A stretch of 64,000 nt of DNA, taken from the NCBI GenBank assembly GCA_944383405.1, contig CALWPL010000004.1, positions 64,276-128,275 of the forward strand, given 5' to 3'. Position numbers and translations under genes: made by a program. The notes beneath the pieces were generated by a model. It saw only the letters and a program-made list of their open reading frames with translations, was not told where the DNA came from and did no database searches. Numbering within the stretch: the first letter of the stretch is position 1; each line of letters opens with the position of its first letter. The DNA comes from an uncultured Clostridia bacterium. Lineage in GTDB: Bacteria > Bacillota > Clostridia > Christensenellales > UBA1242. Below, piece by piece: positions 18,542 through 27,735 of the stretch.

Positions 18542-21103
18542 TTAACAATCAAACCATGTTTTTCCAGAATTAACATCAACAATTAACGGGACACTAAGTT
18601 TAACAACATTTTCCATGTTTTCTTTCAGTAATTTTGCCACTTCTACAATTTCATCATTTGTTGTATCAATTATTAATTCATCATGAATTTGAAGGATTAA
18701 TCTACTTTTCATTTTTCTATCAATAATTACTTTATGAACATTAATCATAGCCAACTTTATTATATCACTTGCTGAACCCTGCAAAGGCATGTTCATAGCA
18801 ACTCTTTCGCCAAACTGTTTTGTAATATACTTTGGAGAAAATAGTTCATTAATCTTACGCCTTCTATTAAATAAAGTTCGAGCATATCCTGTTTTCTTTG
18901 CATTATCAATACTTTCATCTAAATATTCTTTTATTTTTGAATATCTTGCAAAATATTTATCAATGTATTCCTTTGCCTGTTTTCTAGAACAACCGATATT
19001 TTGTGCCAGCCCGTATTCAGAAATTCCATAAATTATTCCAAAATTAACTGCCTTCGCTGTTCTACGCATACCCGCATCAACTTCTTGAATAGGAACATTA
19101 AAAATTTCACTTGCCGTAAGAGAGTGGATATCAATCCCTTCATGAAAAGCATTAATTAAACTTTCATCCTTACTATAATGAGCAAGTAGCCTTAATTCAA
19201 TTTGAGAATAGTCCGCACTAACTAAAACCCCATCATTGTATCTTGAAACAAATATTTTTCTAAGATTTCTACCTTCTTCTTCTCTAACAGGAATATTCTG
19301 TAAATTTGGCTCGCTAGAAGAAAGCCTCCCTGTTGCAGTCAATGTTTGATTAAAAATTGTATGGATTATGCTATCTCCACTTTTTAGCATTGTTTCATAA
19401 GGTTCAATATATGTTGATAATATCTTTTTTATTTTTCTGTACCTAATAATTTTTGGAACAATAGGGTGTAGGTCATACATTTCTTCAAGGTAATCAACTT
19501 TTGTTGATTTTTTCTTGTTATTTTCAACAATTAGTTTTAAGTCATTAAACAAAATTTCTGCTACCTGCTTTGGCGAATTAATATTGAAATCCTTATTAGC
19601 AAGTTTTTTTATTGAATCAGATAATTCAAGTGCTTCTTTTGTAAACTTTTCTTCAAGTATACCAAGCATTTCCCTATCTATCTTAAACCCAGTTTTCTCC
19701 ATTTCATATAGGACATCAACAAGTGGCAATTCTATCCTTGTATATAAATCATAAACACTTGCCTTTTTCATATCTTCTATTAAAATATCATGCAAATATA
19801 TTAAACTTACACATTCACAGTCTTTATTCATTTCATATTGTTTTAACAAATTATCTTTTGTAGCATCTTTATCTCCAGCAATTAAAAGGTAATAAGCCAA
19901 AATAGCATCAAAATTAATACCTTTAAAATTTATATTAAAATTAGCAAAATTATGCATCAAAGACTTTTTATCATAAACATATTTTTCAATTTCATTACTT
20001 TCAAATATAGGTTTTAATCTGTTTAAAACGCCTTCAAAATTAAAATCAACATCAAGTAAAGAATTTTGAGTCTTGCAGTAAAATTCACAATTTTTATCAT
20101 ATGCAAAAGAGAAAAATTCCTTTGATAATTCAAAACAAAACAAATTTGCCTTTTTAATATGATTAATTTGTTTTTCAAGCATGTCATAATCTGTTATCTC
20201 AATCTTATTTGCAATAATCTTACTTTCAGTTTTAGAATTATCATATTCTTCTTTAAATAAATCATTTCTTTTAAGCAAACTATTAAATTCATATTCTTCA
20301 AACAATGCATGCACTTGCTCATTAAATGGAAAATCATACAAAAAATCATCAAGTTTTACTTCAAGTTCAACATCTGTTTTAATTTTTGATAACTCCTTGC
20401 TTAAATAAGCCATATCTTTACTATCTCTTACTTTCTCTTGTAATTTACCCTTAATCTTATCAACATTATCATAAACACCATCAAGTGAAAAATATGACTT
20501 TATAAGTTCTAATGCAGTTTTTTCGCCAACTCCTGTAACTCCAGGAATATTGTCAGAAGGGTCGCCCATCAAGGCTTTAAGGTCGACAAATTGAGAGACA
20601 TCAATACCATATTCTTCTTTAAAGGTTTCTTTATTCATATTTTTTACTTCTGTTATACCTTTTTTTGTCAGCCAAACTTCAGTTTTATTGCTAATTAGTT
20701 GTAAAGAGTCTCTATCTCCTGTAACAATAATGTTTCTTGTTTCAAAACTTTTTGATAATGTACCAATAATATCATCTGCTTCAAACCCTTCTTTTTCAAG
20801 ATATTTAATATTCATGGCATTTAACATCTTTTTTAAAATTGGAAATTGCATTATAAGTTCTGGTGGCGTCGGACGCCTTTTGGCCTTATATTCTCTATAC
20901 ATATTATTTCTAAATGTCTTTTTGCCATAGTCAAGAGCAACAGCAATATATTTAGGCTTTATTTCAAAAATTACCTTTATAAGAATATTTACAAAGCCAT
21001 ACACTCCATTTGAAAATTCTCCTTTACTATTTGAAAGTACTGGAAGTGCATAAAATGCTCTATTTATTAAACTATTCCCATCAATAATAACAAACTTATC
21101 CAT
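18542..21103 (-). CDS. polA: DNA polymerase I
   Basis: 853 aa. 5'-3' exonuclease N-terminus (IIDGNSL, GDPSDNIPGV) and pol A motifs (DYSQIELR, RRTAKAVNFGIIYG, QIHDEL). Confidence 0.95.
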   Translation of the reverse strand: MDKFVIIDGNSLINRAFYALPVLSNSKGEFSNGVYGFVNILIKVIFEIKPKYIAVALDYGKKTFRNNMYREYKAKRRPTPPELIMQFPILKKMLNAMNIKYLEKEGFEADDIIGTLSKSFETRNIIVTGDRDSLQLISNKTEVWLTKKGITEVKNMNKETFKEEYGIDVSQFVDLKALMGDPSDNIPGVTGVGEKTALELIKSYFSLDGVYDNVDKIKGKLQEKVRDSKDMAYLSKELSKIKTDVELEVKLDDFLYDFPFNEQVHALFEEYEFNSLLKRNDLFKEEYDNSKTESKIIANKIEITDYDMLEKQINHIKKANLFCFELSKEFFSFAYDKNCEFYCKTQNSLLDVDFNFEGVLNRLKPIFESNEIEKYVYDKKSLMHNFANFNINFKGINFDAILAYYLLIAGDKDATKDNLLKQYEMNKDCECVSLIYLHDILIEDMKKASVYDLYTRIELPLVDVLYEMEKTGFKIDREMLGILEEKFTKEALELSDSIKKLANKDFNINSPKQVAEILFNDLKLIVENNKKKSTKVDYLEEMYDLHPIVPKIIRYRKIKKILSTYIEPYETMLKSGDSIIHTIFNQTLTATGRLSSSEPNLQNIPVREEEGRNLRKIFVSRYNDGVLVSADYSQIELRLLAHYSKDESLINAFHEGIDIHSLTASEIFNVPIQEVDAGMRRTAKAVNFGIIYGISEYGLAQNIGCSRKQAKEYIDKYFARYSKIKEYLDESIDNAKKTGYARTLFNRRRKINELFSPKYITKQFGERVAMNMPLQGSASDIIKLAMINVHKVIIDRKMKSRLILQIHDELIIDTTNDEIVEVAKLLKENMENVVKLSVPLIVDVNSGKTWFDC

Positions 21104-21185
21104 AAAAATTTCCTTTATAATTTTTAACTAAAACATAATATAGACTCAATTTTAATATCATTTTAATAATATTTTTGTGCCAATT

Positions 21186-21788
21186 TTAGTTTGGTAATTT
21201 TTCATCAATATATGTAGCCTCTAAGTCAGATATATGAAAAATAACTGAAAGCGGATATTCATAAAAGGCATTACTTAGTGAATAACTCCCCCCTATAACC
21301 CTTGTATCAAAACCGCCCATGTGCCAATTTATAGCCATAGCCTCATCCCTTGTTAATTTCATAAAGCCAGAAATCATATATACAGATTTTTCGCCATGAC
21401 CATAAGGCAATTTATCTTCATAGGCAAAGTATGGTTGTTTAACCCACTCGCCATTAACCTTTGTATTCCTATATTCAACCTTATAACAATCAACCTTACA
21501 AATATCATGAAGTAATGCAATTATTGCAATACTTTCATCGCTTATCTTATCTACATAATTCTCTCCATACTCCAATTCAAGATTTTTCTTGAATCTTTTA
21601 TATACATTAAGAGAGTGAAAACATAAACCGCCTTCTTCTGCCGAATGAAATCTAGTACTTGCAGGACAAGTAAAAAAATCAGAAGTTTTTAAAAAGTTTA
21701 ACAAGTCTTTCGAACCATCTCTTTTTATTATTGCTTCAAAAATATTAATATATTCTTCTTTGTTCGCTTGTATTTCTGTTTGATTCAT
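21186..21788 (-). CDS. HD domain-containing phosphohydrolase
   Basis: 200 aa with the H...HD signature (RFHSAEEGG, ALLHDICK). Confidence 0.6.
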   Translation of the reverse strand: MNQTEIQANKEEYINIFEAIIKRDGSKDLLNFLKTSDFFTCPASTRFHSAEEGGLCFHSLNVYKRFKKNLELEYGENYVDKISDESIAIIALLHDICKVDCYKVEYRNTKVNGEWVKQPYFAYEDKLPYGHGEKSVYMISGFMKLTRDEAMAINWHMGGFDTRVIGGSYSLSNAFYEYPLSVIFHISDLEATYIDEKLPN

Positions 21789-21920
21789 TTTTAATTTCCT
21801 TTTATTAACACTAATAAAACTATAACATAAAAATTATTTTATGTCTAAAAGATTAATTAAAAAAATGTTAATTGTATTAAATTTCAATTAATTTTCAAAA
21901 ATGATTTAATGATTTTATAT

Positions 21921-21948
21921 AAAAAAGGGTTGAGAAAAATCTCAACCC
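21921..21948 (-). terminator. intrinsic terminator after rpsT
   Basis: On the minus strand: GGGTTGAG-attttt-CTCAACCC followed by T6. Confidence 0.85.
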
Positions 21949-21964
21949 ACTAAGTTAAAATTAA

Positions 21965-22402
21965 TTACTTTTCTTCTTTTTTTGCAGTCTTTTTACCTGC
22001 CTGGCTTTTCTTTTTTGGCTCTACTACTTCCTGTTCTTCTTTTTTAGTTGCCTTTTTAGTTGTTTTAGTTGCTTTCTTTGCTGTTTCTTTTTCTTCAACT
22101 TGACTTATAGTCTCTACTTCTTCTTTTGCCTGAACTGCATTTGCTTTTGCCTTATTAAGCATTAAATTTAAACGAGAAACTTTCCTGCTAGCATTGTTTG
22201 CATGGATAACTCCCTTACTCTTTGCAGAATCTATGTAGGATATAATATCTCTTAACATAGCCTCGGCTTGTGAAATATTTGTATTAACAGCAACTCTAAA
22301 TTTCTTAATCATAGTAGCCATTGTTGACTTAACATATCTATTTTCTTCTCTTCTTCTTGCAATTACTAAAACTCTTTTCTTGGCTGATTTTATGTTTGGC
22401 AT
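21965..22402 (-). CDS. rpsT: 30S ribosomal protein S20 with about 60-aa Lys/Glu-rich C-terminal extension
   Basis: MPNIKSAKKRVLVIARRREENR... is a typical S20 start. GGAG sits 7 nt upstream of the ATG at 22402; the ORF track start at 22438 is upstream of the SD. Confidence 0.9.
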   Translation of the reverse strand: MPNIKSAKKRVLVIARRREENRYVKSTMATMIKKFRVAVNTNISQAEAMLRDIISYIDSAKSKGVIHANNASRKVSRLNLMLNKAKANAVQAKEEVETISQVEEKETAKKATKTTKKATKKEEQEVVEPKKKSQAGKKTAKKEEK

Positions 22403-22628
22403 TACTAACTCCTTTTTTATACTGAATAAGTCTAACATAACTAAAAAATTTTTGCAACTCTTTTTTTTAAAATTATTTTTCTATCAAAAATCATTTATTA
22501 AAATAAAATCTGATATGTTTTATTTAAAATTTACAATTTCATAACTAAGAACAAATTAATAAGAGCGTTTTTTACCTAAAGATATATTAAATATTGAGCC
22601 TATTATTCAATTTTAAATAAATTAATTT

Positions 22629-22712
22629 TATAATTAAATTCACATTTATTCTACTTTATAATTAAATTCACATTTATTCTACTTTATAATTAAATTCACA
22701 TTTATTCTACTA
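22629..22712. repeat. perfect tandem repeat, 28 bp x 3
   Basis: The unit TATAATTAAATTCACATTTATTCTACTT starts at 22629, 22657 and 22685 (83/84 identical). It lies in the holA-rpsT intergenic region. Confidence 0.95.
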
Positions 22713-22730
22713 TTTTTTATTTTATCCCAT

Positions 22731-23708
22731 TTATTTTAAAATAAAAGCAATTAAATAACTAATAGCATTTTTCCCTTCCATTTTGCCACTTTTTATCTCG
22801 AACTCAATTTCAATACATTTATCAAATATGTTTTTCAATTCCCTTTGAGTAAAATTTCTTAATTGTTCCCTATACCTTGATATCGCATACTCTTTTACTC
22901 CTAGATATTCCGCAAGTTGTTTATCATAAAAACTGCTTCTTGATATAAAAAACAATCTTCTAAAATGATTAGTAAGCAAACTTATAATTGTAACAGGCTG
23001 TTCTTTATTTTTTAACATTGTATCAATTAATAGATATACTTTATCTTTATCCTTTTTACAAATAGCATTTGACAAATCAAAAATTATGTATTCAATGTCC
23101 TTTGTAATATAATTTTCAATATCATCTTCTGTAATATTACGCTCCACCGCTTGAAGTTTAACGGAAGATAACTTATCAATTTCTGTATCAAGTTTTGTAA
23201 TAGAATTATTACAATAATCTATCATTTTTTGAATAATTTTTAAACTTGCATCTAGATTACTTCTATTTAATCTTTCTTTTACCCAGTTAATTAAATAATT
23301 ATCTGATACTTTTTCACAATCAATACTTTCAATTTTTGATGAAAAACTATCAAAAAATTCGCTTTTATTTGAGGAAAAAAACACCACACAAGTAGATGGA
23401 TTTGGATTGTCTAAGTAATTAAAAAAGATTTTTTTCTCACTTTCATTCTTTTTGCCAAGATAATCATTTACAATAATAAGACGCCAACTATCCATAATTG
23501 GCAAAGCCTGACAACTAGCAACAATATTACTCATTCCGTTTGTATAATTGTCTCCTATTATTACTTTATTAAATTCAGGCAAAGTGATATTAAGTTTTTT
23601 CTCTATAAGTTGCACTGCTTGCGTAGTTAAATAACTTTCCCCACCGTTTATGATATATGCTGGCAAAATATTTTTCTGTAATTTCTCTTGTAATTCTTCA
23701 AATTTCAT
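22731..23708 (-). CDS. holA: DNA polymerase III subunit delta
   Basis: 325 aa. It lies directly downstream of comEC as in Bacillus (comEC-holA), and its N-terminal region (YIINGGESYL) is typical of HolA. Confidence 0.75.
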   Translation of the reverse strand: MKFEELQEKLQKNILPAYIINGGESYLTTQAVQLIEKKLNITLPEFNKVIIGDNYTNGMSNIVASCQALPIMDSWRLIIVNDYLGKKNESEKKIFFNYLDNPNPSTCVVFFSSNKSEFFDSFSSKIESIDCEKVSDNYLINWVKERLNRSNLDASLKIIQKMIDYCNNSITKLDTEIDKLSSVKLQAVERNITEDDIENYITKDIEYIIFDLSNAICKKDKDKVYLLIDTMLKNKEQPVTIISLLTNHFRRLFFISRSSFYDKQLAEYLGVKEYAISRYREQLRNFTQRELKNIFDKCIEIEFEIKSGKMEGKNAISYLIAFILK

Positions 23709-23710
23709 TT

Positions 23711-25879
23711 TTACGCTCCTATTTTTTCTAATAAAACTATATTCTCACTATCAAAAACAAATTTATCACATTTAAGTTCATCTCTCCAGTTATATGACTC
23801 ATCTTCCCTTTGACTAACTCCTAAAATTCTAACACAATCTAATGTAAAATTAAAGTTATTATGCAAAAACTGTTTATATAAATTGTTAAATTCAAAATCT
23901 CCGTCAAACAAAGCAAATGTAAATGTATTAATTTGAATTAATATCGAAAGCGTTTGTCCTTCTTCTACAAAATATTTTAAACTAAAATAATTATCTATAA
24001 CAATTTTTTCTTGATTTTCTAATATTGAAACATCTGCTCCAACTTCGTCTAAATATTGTGCATAACTATTTGTCGTCGAAGCATAAAAAGTGGGATTAAA
24101 ATTATAAAAATCATAATATACATCTTTTGCATTTGCAATAAAAGCACTATCAAACATTATTATGCCTGCAAGAGAGTAAATTTTCATATTCGTTAACATT
24201 TGAGTAATTTCATAACTATAATTCAAATTAGGCTCAATTAAATAAAATTTATTATTTTTTGTTGTAAGTAAAGTTCCAAGTGCATAAGACGATGAAGGGT
24301 AAAATATCATTGAATTTTCTTTTGAACGCCTTGGCAAACAATTTATCACAACACCACCTATAACTATGCCTATTAAACACATTGCTATTATTGATTTATA
24401 TTTCCATTTCATTACAAAATACTTGCTAACAACAAACATATTAATATAATACAAAAATACAAGATAAATATTTACCTTTGGCATATACACTATATTATAT
24501 GGAAGCAAATTTACCTGACCATTTAAAAAGACAATTATATACAATGTTGCCTTTGGAAAAATATACAAAAAATTTAAAAAAGGCATTATAAGAACAATTA
24601 AGTTTATTAAAAAAAGCATTGTATAAAATAATGAAAACAAAGGAATTATAACTAAATTAGCGAGCAAAGACCAAGTTGAAATAAAACCATATACATTTGC
24701 AAAAATTGGAATTAAAGCAAGTTGTGCACTAAGTGATGTTACCATAGAAAAGAAAATATTTTTTATAATATTGTTTTTTATCTTTATGTTTTTGAAAATA
24801 TTAGAAAACATTGATATACCAAGTATAGATAAAAAAGTCATCTGAAAACCAACATCAAAAACATTTAAAGGATTAAGCGCCAATAAAATGCAACCTGAAA
24901 TACTAGTGGAATTTAATGCGTCATATTTTCTAAAATATATACCTGCTAAAATTGATACAAGAACCATTATACTTGACCTTATAACAGGAGAATTGAAATT
25001 ACAAAGCATACAAAAGAAGAATAGCATAATAGTAATAATAAAAAAATTTACTTTTTTATTAACTTTAAGTTTATCTAAAATAAATGTTATAAGTAGAGCA
25101 ATAAGACTTACATGTATTCCTGAAACAGAAAAAATATGTGCAACCCCTGAATATTTAAACTCGTTAAGTAACTCCCTTTCAGTATAGTTTGTATCTCCAT
25201 AAAGAGATGTAAATGCAAGGTGCCCCATTCTTTCCCCAAACCCTTCAACTAAAAGAAGCCTATTATACTCCCTAAAACTTTCTATTGCATTAATATCAGA
25301 TTTTAAATATATAAGTTGACTTGCTTTTACATTTGTTCCATATCTTATATTATTTTTTAAATAAAAACTCTCTATTTCATTATTTTCATCTAAAATATTC
25401 ATGCCATAGATTTTAGATGTAAATGCTATTCTGTCATATAAACCAACTTTTAATTCTTCATCAATAGAAACTGATAAAGATAGTTTTCCATTTAATTCTT
25501 TACTCTCTCCATCTTGCATAAAAACACAAACATTATCAATAGTTATATAACAAAAATTTTCTTGAATTTTATTTATACTCGTTATTTTCCCAGTTAAATA
25601 AACTTTACCTAGATTATCAAAAGAAGTATCAGTATATTTTAGCAAATAAACATAGGGAAAAATTACTAAAAACGAAAAAAATACAATAGATAATGCAAAC
25701 ATTATATATCGTTTTTTAAAAAATAAAAGTATACAAAAAACTATTGGGATTATTAAAGCAACAGAAAAATACAGACTAATTAGCATTTTATATGATATAT
25801 AAACGCAAAACAAGCCTAATACAAATAAGAAAAAAATTACTCTAAAATTAATAATCCTTTTGTAACTTTGCTCAACCAT
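23711..25879 (-). CDS. comEC: ComEC/Rec2 family DNA internalization protein
   Basis: 722-aa polytopic membrane protein with the competence-domain signature YSGVAHIFSVSGIHVS. The C-terminal about 200 aa lack a recognisable HxHxDH metallo-beta-lactamase motif. Confidence 0.8.
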   Translation of the reverse strand: MVEQSYKRIINFRVIFFLFVLGLFCVYISYKMLISLYFSVALIIPIVFCILLFFKKRYIMFALSIVFFSFLVIFPYVYLLKYTDTSFDNLGKVYLTGKITSINKIQENFCYITIDNVCVFMQDGESKELNGKLSLSVSIDEELKVGLYDRIAFTSKIYGMNILDENNEIESFYLKNNIRYGTNVKASQLIYLKSDINAIESFREYNRLLLVEGFGERMGHLAFTSLYGDTNYTERELLNEFKYSGVAHIFSVSGIHVSLIALLITFILDKLKVNKKVNFFIITIMLFFFCMLCNFNSPVIRSSIMVLVSILAGIYFRKYDALNSTSISGCILLALNPLNVFDVGFQMTFLSILGISMFSNIFKNIKIKNNIIKNIFFSMVTSLSAQLALIPIFANVYGFISTWSLLANLVIIPLFSLFYTMLFLINLIVLIMPFLNFLYIFPKATLYIIVFLNGQVNLLPYNIVYMPKVNIYLVFLYYINMFVVSKYFVMKWKYKSIIAMCLIGIVIGGVVINCLPRRSKENSMIFYPSSSYALGTLLTTKNNKFYLIEPNLNYSYEITQMLTNMKIYSLAGIIMFDSAFIANAKDVYYDFYNFNPTFYASTTNSYAQYLDEVGADVSILENQEKIVIDNYFSLKYFVEEGQTLSILIQINTFTFALFDGDFEFNNLYKQFLHNNFNFTLDCVRILGVSQREDESYNWRDELKCDKFVFDSENIVLLEKIGA

Positions 25880-26202
25880 TTATAGATAAAGTTTACAACA
25901 TTTAATATTCTCTGTCAAAAAATTACATAAATTTGCATAAAATTATTTATCTAATAATTAATGGAAAATCAAAATTTGTTATTTTTAAACTCAATATAAA
26001 ATTGTTTTTTACTTACCTTATTTAGCCAATTTTAAATACCAGCATATAATATTTTAAAGAAAAATCTGAAAAAATTATTTATTCTCATCATAGCTTTTAC
26101 CAAAGATAAGCAAAAAACTAAACAAAACAAAAGAAATCAATTTTTTAAAAAATATTATGATAATAAAATTCATTTTCAATTAGATTATATTCTATTTTTC
26201 TA

Positions 26203-26231
26203 TTGCTTTTTTAAAAAAAATCTGTTATTAT
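26203..26231 (+). promoter_or_regulatory. possible sigma-A promoter for tRNA-Glu
   Basis: TTGCTT (26203-26208), 17 nt spacer, TATTAT (26226-26231). This carries little information in AT-rich DNA. Confidence 0.3.
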
Positions 26232-26249
26232 TGATTTGCAGTTAAATAA

Positions 26250-26324
26250 GCCATCATAGTATAAGGGTTAGTACGCTGGCCTCTCACGCCGGTAATGCGG
26301 GTTCGAATCCCACTGGTGGTACCA
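26250..26324 (+). tRNA. tRNA-Glu (anticodon CTC), CCA encoded
   Basis: Anticodon arm CTGGC-CTCTCAC-GCCGG and T-loop GGGTTCGAATCCC resemble Firmicute tRNA-Glu. The acceptor GCCATCA/TGGTGGT has two G-U pairs, and the T-stem has one C-A mismatch. Confidence 0.8.
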
Positions 26325-26332
26325 AATAAATC

Positions 26333-26363
26333 GGCGTTAAGAACTTATCTTAACGCCTTTTTT
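26333..26363 (+). terminator. intrinsic terminator after tRNA-Glu
   Basis: 9-bp stem GGCGTTAAG / CTTAACGCC followed by T6. Confidence 0.85.
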
Positions 26364-26462
26364 AATAAAATTCATAATTAAATCTAACAAAAAATCTACT
26401 AGAATAAAATACTCTAAAACTTACATTTATTTTAAAAATTAAACAGATTTAAAGGATGTAAA

Positions 26463-27005
26463 ATGTTTGATAAATATAAAATTAAAACTTGTGATGACCT
26501 ATTAAGTTATCTTAGTAAAAACTTAAACTATGGATTTGTTTCTAATAAAATAATTCATAAAGATACCGATAATGATTTTTCGCAAAAGATGAATAAATCA
26601 TATCAAATAAGACTAGGAGAAGATTTGATAAAAACTGGCTATGGTGTCTGTTGGGATTTTTGTGAATTGGAAAGGTTATTTTTTGAAGAGAAAAATATAC
26701 CACATAGATGCTTTTTTATAAAAAGTAATTTAAAAAATAATTTAGGACCAACACATTCCTTTTTAATTTATAAAGAAAAGAAAAATTATTATTGGTTTGA
26801 ATTCTCATGGCAGAAATACAAAGGAATACATCAATATTTATCAATTAAAGAAGCAATAAATGATGTTTTAAAAAAATTTATACAATATTATAATACTCTA
26901 GAAATACAAAATATAGACATATATTTAATTCCAAAAATCACTAAAAGGCTTCACTCAAGCGAATATATAAAACACTGTTTATCAGGCAAAAAAATAAATT
27001 TATAA
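26463..27005 (+). CDS. hypothetical protein with possible papain/transglutaminase/NAT-like Cys-His signature
   Basis: 180 aa with AAAGGA 7 nt upstream of the ATG. The motif GYGVCWDFCELERLFFEEKNIP ... GPTHSFLIY ... YWFEFSW resembles the G-x-C...H core of transglutaminase-like or NAT-fold enzymes. This was judged by eye only. Confidence 0.35.
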   Translation: MFDKYKIKTCDDLLSYLSKNLNYGFVSNKIIHKDTDNDFSQKMNKSYQIRLGEDLIKTGYGVCWDFCELERLFFEEKNIPHRCFFIKSNLKNNLGPTHSFLIYKEKKNYYWFEFSWQKYKGIHQYLSIKEAINDVLKKFIQYYNTLEIQNIDIYLIPKITKRLHSSEYIKHCLSGKKINL

Positions 27006-27327
27006 AATCATATAATTTATTTGGCACAAAATAATGCTATTTTTATACTAAAAATGACTTATAATACTAACGGAAGTCAACTTTTATTATTATAAATTTT
27101 TTGAAAAATCTCCTTTTTTTAGTTTGCTCAACTTCCAAGTTTTATTATGGAAAGTTTTGACGGAAATAAATATTTTTAGAAATCTCCTTGAATATAATCT
27201 AACTGTATAAAATATATATAAGTTTAAAGATAAAATTCTTATTATATTAAAATAAACTTCCCTATTGATTTATAAACAAACATATAATATAATAAAAATA
27301 TAAACAAAATTATAAAGGAATAAAATT

Positions 27328-27702
27328 ATGAAAACATTTTACGCTGCAAGAAAATGTATAAAAAAAACACCTTATGAAATCAATGTCATTGCTTACATCC
27401 CATCAAAAATTAATTTAGAAGAGCATTTATATTATAATAAAAAGCAAGAAGAAGGTATTGAAAAGGACTACTATTTAGTGTCTTACCCTTACATTAAAAC
27501 AGAAAAAATAAAATTGATTGATAAAGACATAGTTGATGTTATTTTTGATACTGAACAAGATTGTTTAACCTATTGTAATAATTTAAACAATTTTATTTGG
27601 GAACCTTATTTATCCAGTTGTAAATATGAAGATTTAAAAAGCGACATAGAATTAATTGCCACTAAATTAAAACAATCAAAAGAAAAATCAATGGAACAAT
27701 AA
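27328..27702 (+). CDS. hypothetical protein
   Basis: 124 aa with AAAGGA 8 nt upstream of the ATG. I recognise no family, and it has no TM segment or signal peptide. Confidence 0.5.
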   Translation: MKTFYAARKCIKKTPYEINVIAYIPSKINLEEHLYYNKKQEEGIEKDYYLVSYPYIKTEKIKLIDKDIVDVIFDTEQDCLTYCNNLNNFIWEPYLSSCKYEDLKSDIELIATKLKQSKEKSMEQ

Positions 27703-27707
27703 ATCAT

Positions 27708-27735
27708 TAAAAAAGACCAATTATTTGGTCTTTTT
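27708..27735. terminator. bidirectional terminator (hypothetical gene / aspS)
   Basis: Stem AGACCAA-ttat-TTGGTCT flanked by A6 and T5. It abuts the aspS stop codon. Confidence 0.8.

Noticed and set aside
22629-22712. The 28-bp repeats as a mini CRISPR array
   Set aside because: The copies are directly adjacent with no spacers. The unit is AT-only and non-palindromic, and no cas genes are in the window.
27106-27189. The repeated AAATCTCCTT read on the minus strand as two Shine-Dalgarno sites (AAGGAGATTT) for hidden small ORFs
   Set aside because: No ATG, GTG or TTG start lies at a suitable distance downstream of either site, and no open frame of meaningful length follows.
26250-27735. Integrated mobile element or prophage remnant at tRNA-Glu
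   Set aside because: There is no integrase or recombinase. I could find no direct repeat of the tRNA 3' end downstream, and only two small genes are present. I kept it only as a low-confidence accessory islet.
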